Assembly (NCBI GenBank): GCA_963729215.1
Contig: CAVSND010000005.1
Location: 25,985-89,984, forward strand
Direction of reading: 5' to 3'
Length of the DNA: 64,000 nucleotides
Source: an uncultured Acidobacteriota bacterium
Lineage (GTDB): Bacteria > Acidobacteriota > Vicinamibacteria > Vicinamibacterales > CAVVIG01
Of the stretch, positions 9,365 through 19,399 are shown one piece after another. Below the pieces are notes generated by a model that made no database searches, was not told where the DNA came from, and worked only from the letters and a program-made list of their open reading frames with translations. Made by a program: the position numbers and the translations under genes. Within the stretch, counting starts at the first letter, position 1; each line of letters opens with the position of its first letter.

Positions 9365-10165
9365 CTATACCCGATGGTCGAGAAAGTGTGCGAGCGCATC
9401 GTTGAACCGCTGAGGCTGCTCCATGTTCGACATGTGGCCGGCGCCTGGAATAACGACGAGTTCGGAGCCTGCAATGTCGCGGTGCATCTGCTCGCTGAGC
9501 GGCGGCGGCGTCAAGGCGTCCTCATCGCCGACGAGGATCTGGACAGGACAATGAATAGACGCCAGCATCGGCGTCGAATCGGGCCTGGTCATCAGGGCGG
9601 TCAACGCGCCGGCGATTGCCTCGACCGAGTTACCGGTGATCTGGCGTCGCACGTTCTCGATCACATCCGGCCGCCCGCGCTTCGTCGTGTCGCCGACGAG
9701 CTTGGGTAGCAGCGCGTCCGCGACCGCCGACTGCCCTTTCTCGCGCACGAGCTGTTGCATGCTCTTCCGTCCGGCCACGGCCTCGGGCGAATCGCCCGGC
9801 GACTTGGTGTCCGCGAGGATCATCGCGTGAAAATATTTGGGCGCCAGGCGGAACATGGCGAAAGCGATGTAGCCACCCATGGACAGGCCGCAGATCGCCG
9901 CGTCGTGGATGTGCAGCCCATCGAGCAGGTCGATGACGTCCGCCGCGTAGTCGTCCACGGATGTCGTCGGCGGATCGCCGGCGCCGTCTCCGAAACCACG
10001 GAGCTCCGGCACGATGACACGCCATCCGTATCCCGCGAGCGAAAGCTGCGGCTCCCACATGGATGGGTTGAGCGGAAAGCCGTGGATCAGGACGAGGGTC
10101 CCCCGCGAGCGGCCGCTGCCACCCGCGGGGACTTCGACGTAACGGAATCGACCAAGGCTAGGCAT
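9365..10165 (-). CDS. Alpha/beta hydrolase (PcaD/MhpC-like)
   Basis: LIHGFP, nucleophile GLSMGG, GDED, AGHMSNME. Confidence 0.92.
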   Translation of the reverse strand: MPSLGRFRYVEVPAGGSGRSRGTLVLIHGFPLNPSMWEPQLSLAGYGWRVIVPELRGFGDGAGDPPTTSVDDYAADVIDLLDGLHIHDAAICGLSMGGYIAFAMFRLAPKYFHAMILADTKSPGDSPEAVAGRKSMQQLVREKGQSAVADALLPKLVGDTTKRGRPDVIENVRRQITGNSVEAIAGALTALMTRPDSTPMLASIHCPVQILVGDEDALTPPPLSEQMHRDIAGSELVVIPGAGHMSNMEQPQRFNDALAHFLDHRV

Positions 10166-10179
10166 GGGCGGTCATGTTA

Positions 10180-10217
10180 CGTCCGGCTGAACGCCGCGAG
10201 CTGAAGCCGGACGCTAC
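10180..10217. repeat. REP-like palindrome with an internal insertion
   Basis: CGTCCGGCTGAA..CTGAAGCCGGACG-CTAC; its CTA is the stop codon of the DinB gene. Confidence 0.65.
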
Positions 10218-10816
10218 TGGCGGCCGCGGCCATCGCCGCGCTGACCGCCGCCGGCCGCGCCCCGGCCGCGCATGAAGAGCTCGGTGGACGGCGGAATCTG
10301 CCCCTTGAGACGCAGATAGACGGTGCCGATGCCGTACATCTCGCTGTCGTGTCCCAAAACGCCAAGAAGAGCGACCACACGCGATTGCTGGCCACCGCGG
10401 CCGTTCGAAATCATCTCGGCCGCCGACGCATCGGTCAGCGACGAAAACACGTCGTCGCAAAAAGCGAACGAGTCGGCGACGGCCTTCACGATTTCGGCTT
10501 TCGTCGTCAGCGCCTCGAAGCTGGGCTGACCCTGGCGCGGGTTGGGGACGCCCTTGGCGCCCGAGCACTGACCGAACTGCGCGTCAGCCACGTGAGCCCA
10601 CAACTGGCCGTAGCCGCGAATGTCGGGGGTCGGCTTGAAGAAGTAGTCGGCTTCCGGCATCTTCTCAGCGGAGGCGGTGATGTTGTTCTTGGTCTGGGCA
10701 TAGGAGCGCTGCAGGCCCTGAGCCGTCCCGACTGGCCCGCTTGGCGGCTGTGCGGCGGCGGCCGATGCGGCCAGAACGATTCCCGAAAATACGCTCAATA
10801 AACGATTCATTCGCAC
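10214..10816 (-). CDS. DinB-family secreted protein
   Basis: Signal peptide; SAEKMPEADYFFKPT..HVAD..H..EMYG..VYLRLKG..PP. Confidence 0.85.
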   Translation of the reverse strand: MRMNRLLSVFSGIVLAASAAAAQPPSGPVGTAQGLQRSYAQTKNNITASAEKMPEADYFFKPTPDIRGYGQLWAHVADAQFGQCSGAKGVPNPRQGQPSFEALTTKAEIVKAVADSFAFCDDVFSSLTDASAAEMISNGRGGQQSRVVALLGVLGHDSEMYGIGTVYLRLKGQIPPSTELFMRGRGAAGGGQRGDGRGRQ

Positions 10817-10825
10817 TCCCTCAAA

Positions 10826-10933
10826 ATCATCTGGTCATTTAGTCATCTGGTCATCTGGTCATCGTTGCTCAATTGGCAATGTCCCAAATGAGCAGAACGA
10901 TGACCAGATGACTAAATGACCAGATGACCAGAT
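10826..10933. repeat. MITE-like inverted-repeat element, copy 1
   Basis: (GTCATCTG)n-ATCGTT, core AATTGGCAATGTCCCAA, then AACGAT-(GACCAGAT)n. Confidence 0.8.
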
Positions 10934-10940
10934 TCGTCGA

Positions 10941-11687
10941 TCATACGCTGAGGCGCGCGTAGACATCACCGGATCGCTGGCGGCCGCGCGGTGTTTCGAG
11001 GGCCGCCATCAGCTCGTCCCCGCTCAGCCAGGTCTCGGACTCGAGCTTGAACGATTCGCCCACCGACCAATTGAAGAGATAGGAACCAAGCGCGCTCACC
11101 CGCTCCACGCAGGCCCGAACCTCACCAGGTGCAGAGGGCACGTACTCGAAAGACAATGCGGGCACGGCCCGGGTAAGGCCGGCCAGGACCGCCGGCTCTC
11201 CGCCTTCAACGTCGATCTTCACGAAGGACGGCATCCCCCATCGCGCGATCAGCAGGTCGAGCGTCGTCGTCTCGACCACCAGGGACCGATTCCAGTGAAC
11301 GCCGTCGAATTCCGGCTCGTGCGACCGAGCCTCACGCCAATCGGCCGCGACGGTCGTCACGGTCGGCGTGCGTTCGCTGATCGACAGCGAGGCCTTTCCC
11401 GCCCGCGCACCGATGGCCGCTTCGACGATTTCGACCTGCGGCGATCGGCCGAACAGCAGGCGCAGCAGCCGCGCGAAGTCGGGCTGGGGTTCGACCGCGA
11501 TCACCCGGCACCCGAGCGCCGCCAACCCGCGTGTGCGATTGCCCACGTGCGCGCCGATGTCGAAGGCGACGTCGCCGGCCTCCACGAAGCCTGCGTATAG
11601 CTTCCGCATCTCCCGCTGACGCCACGGAATCCCGTGGTAGATCACTATTGAGCGCGCCACGCCGACAAGCCGATCGAGTCGGCTCAT
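10941..11687 (-). CDS. FkbM-family methyltransferase
   Basis: FDIGAHVG, VIAVEPQP, TTLD, FVKIDVEGGE. Confidence 0.92.
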   Translation of the reverse strand: MSRLDRLVGVARSIVIYHGIPWRQREMRKLYAGFVEAGDVAFDIGAHVGNRTRGLAALGCRVIAVEPQPDFARLLRLLFGRSPQVEIVEAAIGARAGKASLSISERTPTVTTVAADWREARSHEPEFDGVHWNRSLVVETTTLDLLIARWGMPSFVKIDVEGGEPAVLAGLTRAVPALSFEYVPSAPGEVRACVERVSALGSYLFNWSVGESFKLESETWLSGDELMAALETPRGRQRSGDVYARLSV

Positions 11688-11714
11688 CTGTGGGAAGTCC
11701 GGCCGCTATAATCC

Positions 11715-12704
11715 ATGCACATCGTGCAGCAACCCACCACGGCCGGCGAGCGACGCGCGGATCGCGCCTGGAGCCTCACGCTGGCCGCAGCCGGCAGCGC
11801 CGAACGTCTCGAGAAAGCTGGCGAACTCGCCGCGTTCGCGATGGACGCCGGCACTGACGCAGAGCCGGGACCCCTGCGCGCCGTGCCCGTCGGACACCCG
11901 TCTGCGGCAATCGTGTGGCAACCCGGCGTGGGATGGCGATCGTGCCTGCCTCCCGAGGATGCATCCTGCGCGCTGCTCGATCTGTATCTGCCAATCTGCA
12001 GCGCAACGGCGGCGCGACCCATCGCGGTCGGCCATCTGGGCCAGAGCCTGGACGGGTTCATCGCTATGCCCACTGGCGAATCGCAGTTCGTCACCGGGCA
12101 CCAGAACATCCTGCACCTGCATCGCATGCGGGCGCTGTGCGACATCGTCATCGTCGGCGCCGGCACGGTGGCGGCGGACAATCCGCAGCTCACGACCCGG
12201 CTGGTGTCCGGCCCCAACCCGATGAGAGTGGTTTTCGACCCCAGCCGCCGGCTGGCCAGCGAATATCGGATTTTCAACGACGAGGCCGCACCGACCTTAT
12301 ACGCGTGCACTCGAACCCTCGTGGGCCCGGGCGAGACGCATGTCGGCGGCGCCACGATTCTCGGGCTGGATGCCGGTCCGGCAGGGGTCCAGGTGATCGA
12401 GCTGCTCGGCGCGCTGCGGGCGCGGGGCGGCCGGCGGATCTTCATGGAAGGCGGCGGCGTGACCGTGTCGGCCTTCCTCGAAGCGAACCTGCTCGATCGG
12501 CTGCACATGGCCATTGCCCCGCTTATTATCGGCGACGGCCGGCCCGCGATTCGTCTCCCGCCCCGGGCCACCCTCAGCGACTGTCATCGGCCGAGCTACC
12601 GGGTGTTTCGCATGGGCGGCGACGTATTGTTCGACTGCGACCTGCGAACCAGCGGCGACCCGGACGGCCACAACGCTGCCACGGCCATTACGCGGGTGAT
12701 CTAA
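11715..12704 (+). CDS. RibD C-terminal (pyrimidine reductase)-like protein with no deaminase domain
   Basis: GQSLDGFIA, HRMRALCDIVIVGAGTVAADNPQLT, FMEGGG, LLDRLH..IAPLIIG. Confidence 0.9.
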   Translation: MHIVQQPTTAGERRADRAWSLTLAAAGSAERLEKAGELAAFAMDAGTDAEPGPLRAVPVGHPSAAIVWQPGVGWRSCLPPEDASCALLDLYLPICSATAARPIAVGHLGQSLDGFIAMPTGESQFVTGHQNILHLHRMRALCDIVIVGAGTVAADNPQLTTRLVSGPNPMRVVFDPSRRLASEYRIFNDEAAPTLYACTRTLVGPGETHVGGATILGLDAGPAGVQVIELLGALRARGGRRIFMEGGGVTVSAFLEANLLDRLHMAIAPLIIGDGRPAIRLPPRATLSDCHRPSYRVFRMGGDVLFDCDLRTSGDPDGHNAATAITRVI

Positions 12705-12866
12705 CTCGTGGCTCGTAGCTCGTGGCTCGTAGCCCGTGGCTCGCGGCCCGTTGCTCGGTCGCAGCCGCCCTTTGCTCTGACCTCCAGCCCCTTGCTGTCC
12801 TTTGCCTTCTGCCCTTTGCGCTCCGACCTTTGCGTTCTACGTTTTCCGTTCTTCGTTTTACGTTTT
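12705..12866. repeat. Heptamer microsatellites (GCTCGT(G/A) and CGTT(C/T)TA types) between convergent genes
   Basis: ctcgtggctcgtagctcgtggctcgtagcccgtggctcg and gcgttctacgttttccgttcttcgttttacgtttt. Confidence 0.75.
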
Positions 12867-13663
12867 CAAGAGCCACCCGGCCATGTCTTCGTGTCCAACG
12901 ACCACATGTGATCGGCCGGCCGCGATGTGCGCCAGCCTGCGGGCTTGCCAGTCCCGTAACAGCGCCGCACGTTCGGGATCGATGGCCGCGGCCGCCTCGG
13001 TCCAGCCTTCGATCAGTTGTGCCTGCAACGGCGCGGAATCGGGTCCGAGCTGCCAATCGCTCGCGGCCCGCCATACTTCGTAGCCCATTTCATCGAAAGC
13101 GCGCGCCGCCGCGTCCGCCGCACCTGGACCGAGGGCTGGTCCGAAGCCTTTGTCAGTCTGTTGATGAATGTTGACCAGCTCCCGAACGACTTCGTCTTCG
13201 GGCTCGACTGGCTCGCACTGCATCTCGCCGTTGTACGTGAGCGCAAACAGCACCGCGGCCTGCGCCTCGCGGCACCTGCGGGCCAGCGCGAGCAGCCAGT
13301 CCTCGGAAACCAGATCGAGAAGCGCGGACGCGGTGACGAGATCGCGGTCGGCAAACAAGCTCGGGCGAGGCCAGCCCGGTTGCCAGATCGACGGCGCGGG
13401 TTTCAAGGCTCTGCGCCGGACCCGCGGAAGCGGCCGACGCGGGCCAGGAGTTCGCGGTCGTTGTCGACGAGAAGCCAATGAGCGCCTGGAAAATGCTGGT
13501 CGAGAAAGCGGCGGTTCGCCCCGGTGCCCCCGCCAAGATCCAGAACACGGAGCGGCTCGCTCGGGAGACGCTCGGCAATCATGCTCACCAGGGCGGTGGA
13601 GCGTACACGGACATCCTCTGGTTCCCGAAGTGTCAGCCAATCGGCGCTGAATCCCGCCATCAC
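12858..13663 (-). CDS. Class I SAM-dependent methyltransferase; frameshift near 13400
   Basis: FSADWLTLREPED, VLDLGGGTGAN, WLLVDND, DLVTASALLDLVS, FALTYNG, VGHED. Confidence 0.88.
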
Positions 13664-14730
13664 CCACTCACGCCGCTCAACACGTCGTCCATCCTGCGCA
13701 CGGCTTCGTCCCAGGTCGGCAGCGTGTCGCGCACCTGCCTTGCGCCGCGAGCCAGCCGTTCGCGGACGCGGACGCCACTATTGTCGTTGTCATCCAGAAC
13801 TTGCGAGAGCGCGTTGGCGAGCGCCTTCACGTCGCCCGGCGGCACCAGGATCCCGGCCTGGTCGCCGACGAGCTCGGCGATCGCACCGGTATGTGTGCTG
13901 ATAACAGGAAGCCCATGAGCCAGTGCCTCGGCGACGACCATCCCGTAGCCCTCGTACGAAGTCGGCAGCACGAACACGTCGGCCGACGCATAGTGCGCCT
14001 GCAGCCTCGACCCATCCGCTTCGCCGGCAAACGCAATGTGGTCCTCGAGGCCGAGCGTGCGCGCCAGCGTGCGCAGCTGCTCCGCCATGGCCCCTGGCCT
14101 ATCCAGGCTTCCGACGCACGTGAGGCGCCAGCCGCGGTACGGGATCGAGGCGAGCGCACGGAAGAGCACGTCGTGACCTTTACGAGGAACGAGCGACGCG
14201 ACGCACAGCAGATGCAACGGTCCGCCCGTTGAGCCAACCGCGAGCGGCGCCGGGTCGGTGCCTGGCTCAACGACCGAGATCCGATCCTGACCGACGCCGT
14301 AAGGAGCCAGCGCGGCGGCCGTGCGGCGGCTCGTCACGACGACACGTTGTACCGTCGCAAGCGCGCGGCGCTCGTCTGTCTCGAGGGCGTTCGCGTCGGC
14401 GACAGAAAGGCCGGCTTCGGCGGCCAGCGGATGGTGCACCAGCGCCACCAGCCTGAGGCGCCCGGCCTCTCGTTCCGCTTCGTCCGGCAGGACCCCAAAC
14501 GCGAGGCCGTCGAGCAGGACAATCGCGCCGTCGCCGATCGACGCAAGGACGCTCCGCGCCTCGGCTCGTGCCTCCGGCGTCGGGAACGGGAAGCTGTCGT
14601 GCAGTTCACGGACAGTAACCGTCCAGCCTCTGGCGGCGAGGCCGGCGACAATGCGGCGGTCGTAGCCATAGCCACCGGTGAGCGTGTCGAGACGGCCCGG
14701 GACGACCAGAACAACGGACTTCGAGATCAG
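13660..14730 (-). CDS. Glycosyltransferase family 4 (start approximate)
   Basis: TGGYGYDRR, LVHHPL, PRKGHD, DVFVLPTSYEGYGMVVAEALAHGLPVI. Confidence 0.93.
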   Translation of the reverse strand: MISKSVVLVVPGRLDTLTGGYGYDRRIVAGLAARGWTVTVRELHDSFPFPTPEARAEARSVLASIGDGAIVLLDGLAFGVLPDEAEREAGRLRLVALVHHPLAAEAGLSVADANALETDERRALATVQRVVVTSRRTAAALAPYGVGQDRISVVEPGTDPAPLAVGSTGGPLHLLCVASLVPRKGHDVLFRALASIPYRGWRLTCVGSLDRPGAMAEQLRTLARTLGLEDHIAFAGEADGSRLQAHYASADVFVLPTSYEGYGMVVAEALAHGLPVISTHTGAIAELVGDQAGILVPPGDVKALANALSQVLDDNDNSGVRVRERLARGARQVRDTLPTWDEAVRRMDDVLSGVSG

Positions 14731-15146
14731 GAGACGCCCTTCACGCCTTTGACAGAACCCTCGAACGCCGCCCACGCGATGTGTGACTCATGCAGCACCA
14801 CCCGCATGCTTTCGACCGCGCGCGCACCCGCTCCGAGATCGCCGCGGGCGATCGCCGCCACCATCGCGTCAAATATCGATCGCGAAAGAAACTCCGTGGT
14901 GGTGTTCCGCCCCTTGAAGGCAGGTACGTCATCGAGGTTGCGATAATTCAGCTCCGCCAGCACCGCGTGCAGCGTCGTGCTGGCCCGTCCGATGTCCACG
15001 ACGATGCCGTCGGCATCGAGATCCGGCCGCCGGAACTCGACGTCGACGACAAACGTCGCGCCATGCAGGCGCTGAGCCGGACCGAACACCTCGCCGCGAA
15101 AACTGTGCGCCACCATCAGATGATCGCGCACGCACACGCTATACAT
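14727..15146 (-). CDS. 6-pyruvoyl-tetrahydropterin synthase family (COG0720), PTPS-IV-type
   Basis: VAHSF..FGPAQRLHGATF, NYRNLD, NTTTEFL, LHESH. It lacks the CxxxHGH motif of QueD. Confidence 0.9.
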   Translation of the reverse strand: MYSVCVRDHLMVAHSFRGEVFGPAQRLHGATFVVDVEFRRPDLDADGIVVDIGRASTTLHAVLAELNYRNLDDVPAFKGRNTTTEFLSRSIFDAMVAAIARGDLGAGARAVESMRVVLHESHIAWAAFEGSVKGVKGVS

Positions 15147-15162
15147 CAGGCCCCCTTCGGGA

Positions 15163-15298
15163 ACGTAAAACGCAAAACGTAAAACGTAAATGAACGGAGA
15201 ACGACGAACGGCAGAACCCTTGAATCCTCTCGAACCTCTTGAACCTCTTGAACCTCTCGAACCCCTCGAACCTCTTGAACCTCGTCGAACCCCTTGGA
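15163..15298. repeat. AAAACGT heptamer and GAACCTCT(T/C) 9-mer tandem repeats
   Basis: aacgtaaaacgcaaaacgtaaaacgtaaa; about 8 degenerate copies of gaacctctt/gaacctctc. Confidence 0.8.
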
Positions 15299-15299
15299 C

Positions 15300-16275
15300 C
15301 TATTCGTATCGTCATGCGATGGCAGAGCGCCTCGAGCTTTCCGTCAGCGAGCGACGCCATGACCTGCGGCAGCGATTCGAACGCCGACTCGCCGGTGATG
15401 AGCGCGTCGAGCGCCGGGTCGGCCAGCGAGGCCAGCGCGAAGGACATCCGGCGCCTGAAGTCCCAGCGGGCGCGCTGAGATGACGCGACGTTTCCAACCT
15501 GCGACGACCTGAGCGTCAGCCGCCGTGCGTGAAAGGCCTGGCCGAGCGCCACCGGCACGGCCTGGTCGCCGTACCAACTCAGCTCGACGATGGTGGCCTC
15601 GAATCCCGCAACGCGCAGGGCGAGCTCGAGTCCCGACGGCGAGCCACTCGCGTGGATCACCACGTCCGCCGTGTCAGCCAGACCCTCGGGGTGCGAAAAG
15701 CGAACCCCGAGCGCGCTGGCTACGGCTGCTCGCCGCGGGTTGAGATCGACGAGCTCGACGTCGCAGCCGTGGATTCGCCCGGCGAGCCACGCGACCATGC
15801 TTCCGACGGTGCCCGCGCCAACGACGGTGACGCGATCACCGATATGCGGGTTCGCGTCCCAGAGACCGTTGATCGCTGTTTCGAGGTTGGCCGCCAGCAC
15901 GGCCCGCTGAGGCGGCACGTCTTCCGGAATGACATGCACGGCGCCCGCGGGCACGACGTACCGGGTCTGGTGCGGGTAAAGGCAGAACACGTGGCGATTG
16001 AGCAGCTCGGGAGGACCGTGTTCGACGATGCCCACGCTGGCGTAACCGTACCTGATGGGACCGGGAAAACCTCCGGCCTGAAAAGGGGCGCGCATGCGCT
16101 CGTATTCGCTCGCCGGCACCCGTCCCCGAAACACGAGCGCCTCCGTGCCGCGGCTGATGCCACTGTAGAGCGCGCGCACCACCACATCACCCGGCGACGG
16201 GGATGGAAGCGTCTCCGGCCGGATCTCTCCATGACCCGGCGACGCTATCCAGAATGCCCGCGCGTCATTTTTCAC
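15300..16275 (-). CDS. Zinc-binding (MDR) alcohol dehydrogenase
   Basis: SGISRGTE, YGYASVG, ANLETAIN, VVGAGTVG, IVELSWYG, SSQVG. The ORF track reads on through the repeat to 15139; the true stop is probably near 15300. Confidence 0.88.
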
Positions 16276-16321
16276 AGGTGTCAATTCTGGGGCTTTTCGC
16301 GGGCACGTTACAATCCCGAAC

Positions 16322-17071
16322 GTGGGACTGCGAGCTCGAGTAGCCGCCGGCGGCGTGGTGGCGTGCGCCGTGGTTGCGATCGCCGCGACGCTCATGCGCC
16401 GGACGCTGCCGCTCGGCGAGCTCTACGCGGCAAAATCCACGGCGATACTGGCTGTCGTCACGATCTCCGCCGCGACACTGGTTCGCGCGCATCACCCCTT
16501 CACCCGGTTCGGCGCGGCGAATCAGATGACGCTGATACGGGCGGGGCTCGTGGCGCTCGTGGCCGGGCTGATCGGCGAGCCGGCGGTCGCGCCGGTTGCG
16601 GCCGTCGCCGTTGGCGTGGCGGCGGCCGTGGAGATCTTTGACGGCGTCGACGGCTGGCTGGCGCGGCGCGGCGGGCTCGCCAGCGCCTTCGGCGCGCGAT
16701 TCGACATGGAAGTCGACGCGCTGCTGATCATGGTCCTGGCGATCCTGGCGTGGCAGCATGGAAAAGCGGGAGCCTGGGTGCTGCTTTCGGGGCTGTTGCG
16801 CTACGCGTTCGTCGCCGCGGGGTGGCTGGCTCCCTGGATCGCACGCCCGCTTCCACCAAGCCGGCGGCGCCAGACCATCTGCGTCGTCCAGATCGCGGCG
16901 CTGGTCGCCGTCGTCTCGCCCCTGATGCCTTCGAGCGTCACGTCGCCCATGGCCGCAGCCGCGCTCGCGGTGCTGGCCGCATCGTTTCTGATGGACATCG
17001 TGTGGCTCTGGCGGGCCAGGTCGGCTACAGCAACGACAGCTCGTGTCCGAGCTTTTCCTTCTTCGTCGTGA
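16322..17071 (+). CDS. CDP-alcohol phosphatidyltransferase family protein
   Basis: Signature [26 protein letters not shown]; ANQMTLIR. Confidence 0.93.
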   Translation: MGLRARVAAGGVVACAVVAIAATLMRRTLPLGELYAAKSTAILAVVTISAATLVRAHHPFTRFGAANQMTLIRAGLVALVAGLIGEPAVAPVAAVAVGVAAAVEIFDGVDGWLARRGGLASAFGARFDMEVDALLIMVLAILAWQHGKAGAWVLLSGLLRYAFVAAGWLAPWIARPLPPSRRRQTICVVQIAALVAVVSPLMPSSVTSPMAAAALAVLAASFLMDIVWLWRARSATATTARVRAFPSSS

Positions 17072-17678
17072 GATAGCGGCGAGTGGAATCAGTCAGGGGA
17101 ATCTCGATCGGTACCCGCTCGCTGACCGACAGGCCGTCGCCCGTCACGCCGGCTGACTTCCGCGGGTTGTTGGTCAGCAGGCGAATCGACCGGACGCCGA
17201 GGTCGCGAAAAATCTGCACGCCGATGCTGTAGTCGCGGGAGTCCGCGGGAAAGCCCAGGCGCTCGTTCGCTTCCACCGTGTCGTATCCCTCGTCTTGCAG
17301 CGTGTACGCCTTGATTTTGTTGGCGAGGCCGATTCCGCGGCCCTCCTGATTCAGGTACACCACGAGTCCCCGGCCTTCGTCGGCGATGCGGCGCATCGCC
17401 ATCTGCAACTGCGGACCGCAATCGCAACGGGTCGAGTGGAAGACGTCGCCGGTCAGGCAGGCCGAGTGCATCCGGGCGAGCACGTCGTTGCCGCTGCTGA
17501 TGTCGCCGCGCACGAGCGCAACATGCGTCTGGAGGTTGGCCGGATTTTCGTAGATGTGGACATCGAACTCGCCGTAGTCAGTCGGCAGCTTGGCCGTCGC
17601 GACACGGCGGACACCTCGCGCGGAGCCGAACAACGCGGTGAGCGCGGCTCGCAGGCGTGTGCGAATCTGATGCAACAT
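17025..17678 (-). CDS. ribA: GTP cyclohydrolase II (stand-alone)
   Basis: [59 protein letters not shown]. Confidence 0.93.
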   Translation of the reverse strand: MLHQIRTRLRAALTALFGSARGVRRVATAKLPTDYGEFDVHIYENPANLQTHVALVRGDISSGNDVLARMHSACLTGDVFHSTRCDCGPQLQMAMRRIADEGRGLVVYLNQEGRGIGLANKIKAYTLQDEGYDTVEANERLGFPADSRDYSIGVQIFRDLGVRSIRLLTNNPRKSAGVTGDGLSVSERVPIEIPLTDSTRRYLTTKKEKLGHELSLL

Positions 17679-17705
17679 AGTCGTAACAGCTATCGTAGGA
17701 AGCGG

Positions 17706-19388
17706 ATGCCCGAACTGTCAAACCAGACTCGACCTTGGCCAATGGCGCGAACCGCGATCCTGGCCGCCGCGCTCGTCGTGCTCGACGCGTCGCTCGCGTT
17801 CAAAAACGTCTGGCCGACACCCGCCATTCGCTGGCAAGGGGCGCTTTCCGTCGAGTTGGCCGTTTGCGTTCTGGCAATGGCGCTGGCCTATCCCCGATTC
17901 GGATCGCTGTCGCGGCGGACTCTCGCATGGCTCGGCGCGATCTGGGTGACGCTGGTCATCGTTCGCTACGCGGACGTCACGGCGCCTGCCCTCTACGGCC
18001 GCCCGGTCAACCTGTTCTGGGACATGCGGCACGTATCGGCCGTCGCCGCCATGCTCGCGCGGGTCGCGTCGTGGCGGCTCGTTCTGCTCATCATCGCCGC
18101 GACGATCCTCATCCCCTTCGTCCTGTATCGGGTGATTCGGTGGGCGCTCGGACGCGTCAACGAGGCCATGAGCCGGCGGATCGAACGGCGGGTCCTCGCC
18201 GCGCTGGCTGTCGTGGTGATCGTGCTGTTCGCGGTGGGACGCGTGTACAGCGAGAGCGGCTTCTACGACGATGAGAGTGCGCTCGCGTCGGCGTTTCCGG
18301 CGCCGGTGACGCAGAGCCTTCTGCGACAGACGCGCCTGCTCGTCACCGAGATGACCGGGCGCAGTGGAACCGTTCTCGGCCAGAGTCCGCCGATGGATGT
18401 CAGCCTGGCCAACGTGCAAGGCGCCGACGTCCTGCTGATTTTCATCGAGTCGTACGGCGCGGTGAGCTGGGAACACGCCAACCTTGCCGGACCCAATGCG
18501 CAGGCGCGCACGAACTTCGAGAACGACATCCGCGAAACCGGACGCGATGTCGTGTCGGCCTTCGTCGAGTCGCCGACGTTTGGAGGCAACTCGTGGCTCG
18601 CGCATATCAGCCTTCTGACGGGCCTCGAGATTCGCGACGAGGATGCCAACGTCTTGTTGATGAGACAGAAGCGCGAGACGCTGATTTCGACGTTCGCGCG
18701 GCGCGGCTACCGCACACTGGCGATGATGCCGGGGTTGCAGCAAAGCTGGCCCGAAGGCATCTTTTACGGGTTCAATGCCATCTACGACGGCGAGCGCCTC
18801 GATTACAAGGGGCCGCCGTTTGGCTGGTGGACGATCCCCGATCAATTCGTCGCCGCGCGCCTGGATGCCGCGGAGATCGAGTCGCGATCGCGCGCGCCCC
18901 TGTTCGTGTTCTTCCCCACCACAGGCACCCATACGCCCTTCACGCCGACGGCGCCCTATCAGCCCGACTGGGCGCGGATGCTGACGCCGCACCCGTACGA
19001 ACAGGACGAGCTTCTGCACGCGTGGTCGCAACAGCCGGACTGGATGAACCTCGGGCCAAGCTACGCGCGGGCGCTGGCGGCGACCTACAGGTGGATCGGG
19101 GGCCTGCTCCGCAAGCGCGCCGATCGCGACCTCGTCCTGATTCTGATCGGCGACCACCAGCCGCCGGCGCTCGTCAGCGGCGAAGGCGCCACCTGGGACG
19201 TGCCGGTTCACGTGATCGCGAACCGCACGACCCGTCTCGCGGTGCTCGACGCGTTGCGATCGCGCGGATTCCGGAGCGGGCTGACTCCGCAACGTCCGAA
19301 GCTATCGCGCATGCACGAGCTGGTACCCGATACTGCTCGACGCCTTCAGCGGCGCCGATCGACCATAGGCAGTTCTCGAAACGTGTAG
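17706..19388 (+). CDS. Membrane-anchored alkaline-phosphatase/sulfatase-superfamily protein (LTA-synthase/phosphotransferase-like)
   Basis: About 5 N-terminal TM segments; [33 protein letters not shown] metal motifs; no CxPxR. Confidence 0.82.
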   Translation: MPELSNQTRPWPMARTAILAAALVVLDASLAFKNVWPTPAIRWQGALSVELAVCVLAMALAYPRFGSLSRRTLAWLGAIWVTLVIVRYADVTAPALYGRPVNLFWDMRHVSAVAAMLARVASWRLVLLIIAATILIPFVLYRVIRWALGRVNEAMSRRIERRVLAALAVVVIVLFAVGRVYSESGFYDDESALASAFPAPVTQSLLRQTRLLVTEMTGRSGTVLGQSPPMDVSLANVQGADVLLIFIESYGAVSWEHANLAGPNAQARTNFENDIRETGRDVVSAFVESPTFGGNSWLAHISLLTGLEIRDEDANVLLMRQKRETLISTFARRGYRTLAMMPGLQQSWPEGIFYGFNAIYDGERLDYKGPPFGWWTIPDQFVAARLDAAEIESRSRAPLFVFFPTTGTHTPFTPTAPYQPDWARMLTPHPYEQDELLHAWSQQPDWMNLGPSYARALAATYRWIGGLLRKRADRDLVLILIGDHQPPALVSGEGATWDVPVHVIANRTTRLAVLDALRSRGFRSGLTPQRPKLSRMHELVPDTARRLQRRRSTIGSSRNV

Positions 19389-19399
19389 TGCAGGCCGCA

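Noticed and set aside
10826-15298. Repeat tracts as a CRISPR array
   Set aside because: Units are 7-9 nt, have no unique spacers, and no cas genes are present.
15139-15299. RFKRFEGFERF C-terminal extension of the dehydrogenase
   Set aside because: It is read-through into a 9-mer repeat; a TAG at 15300-15302 in a neighbouring frame is the likelier stop.
11715-17678. ribA + ribD + PTPS as ordinary riboflavin or queuosine biosynthesis
   Set aside because: RibD lacks the deaminase domain, ribB/E/H and queC/E are absent, and the PTPS lacks the QueD motif.
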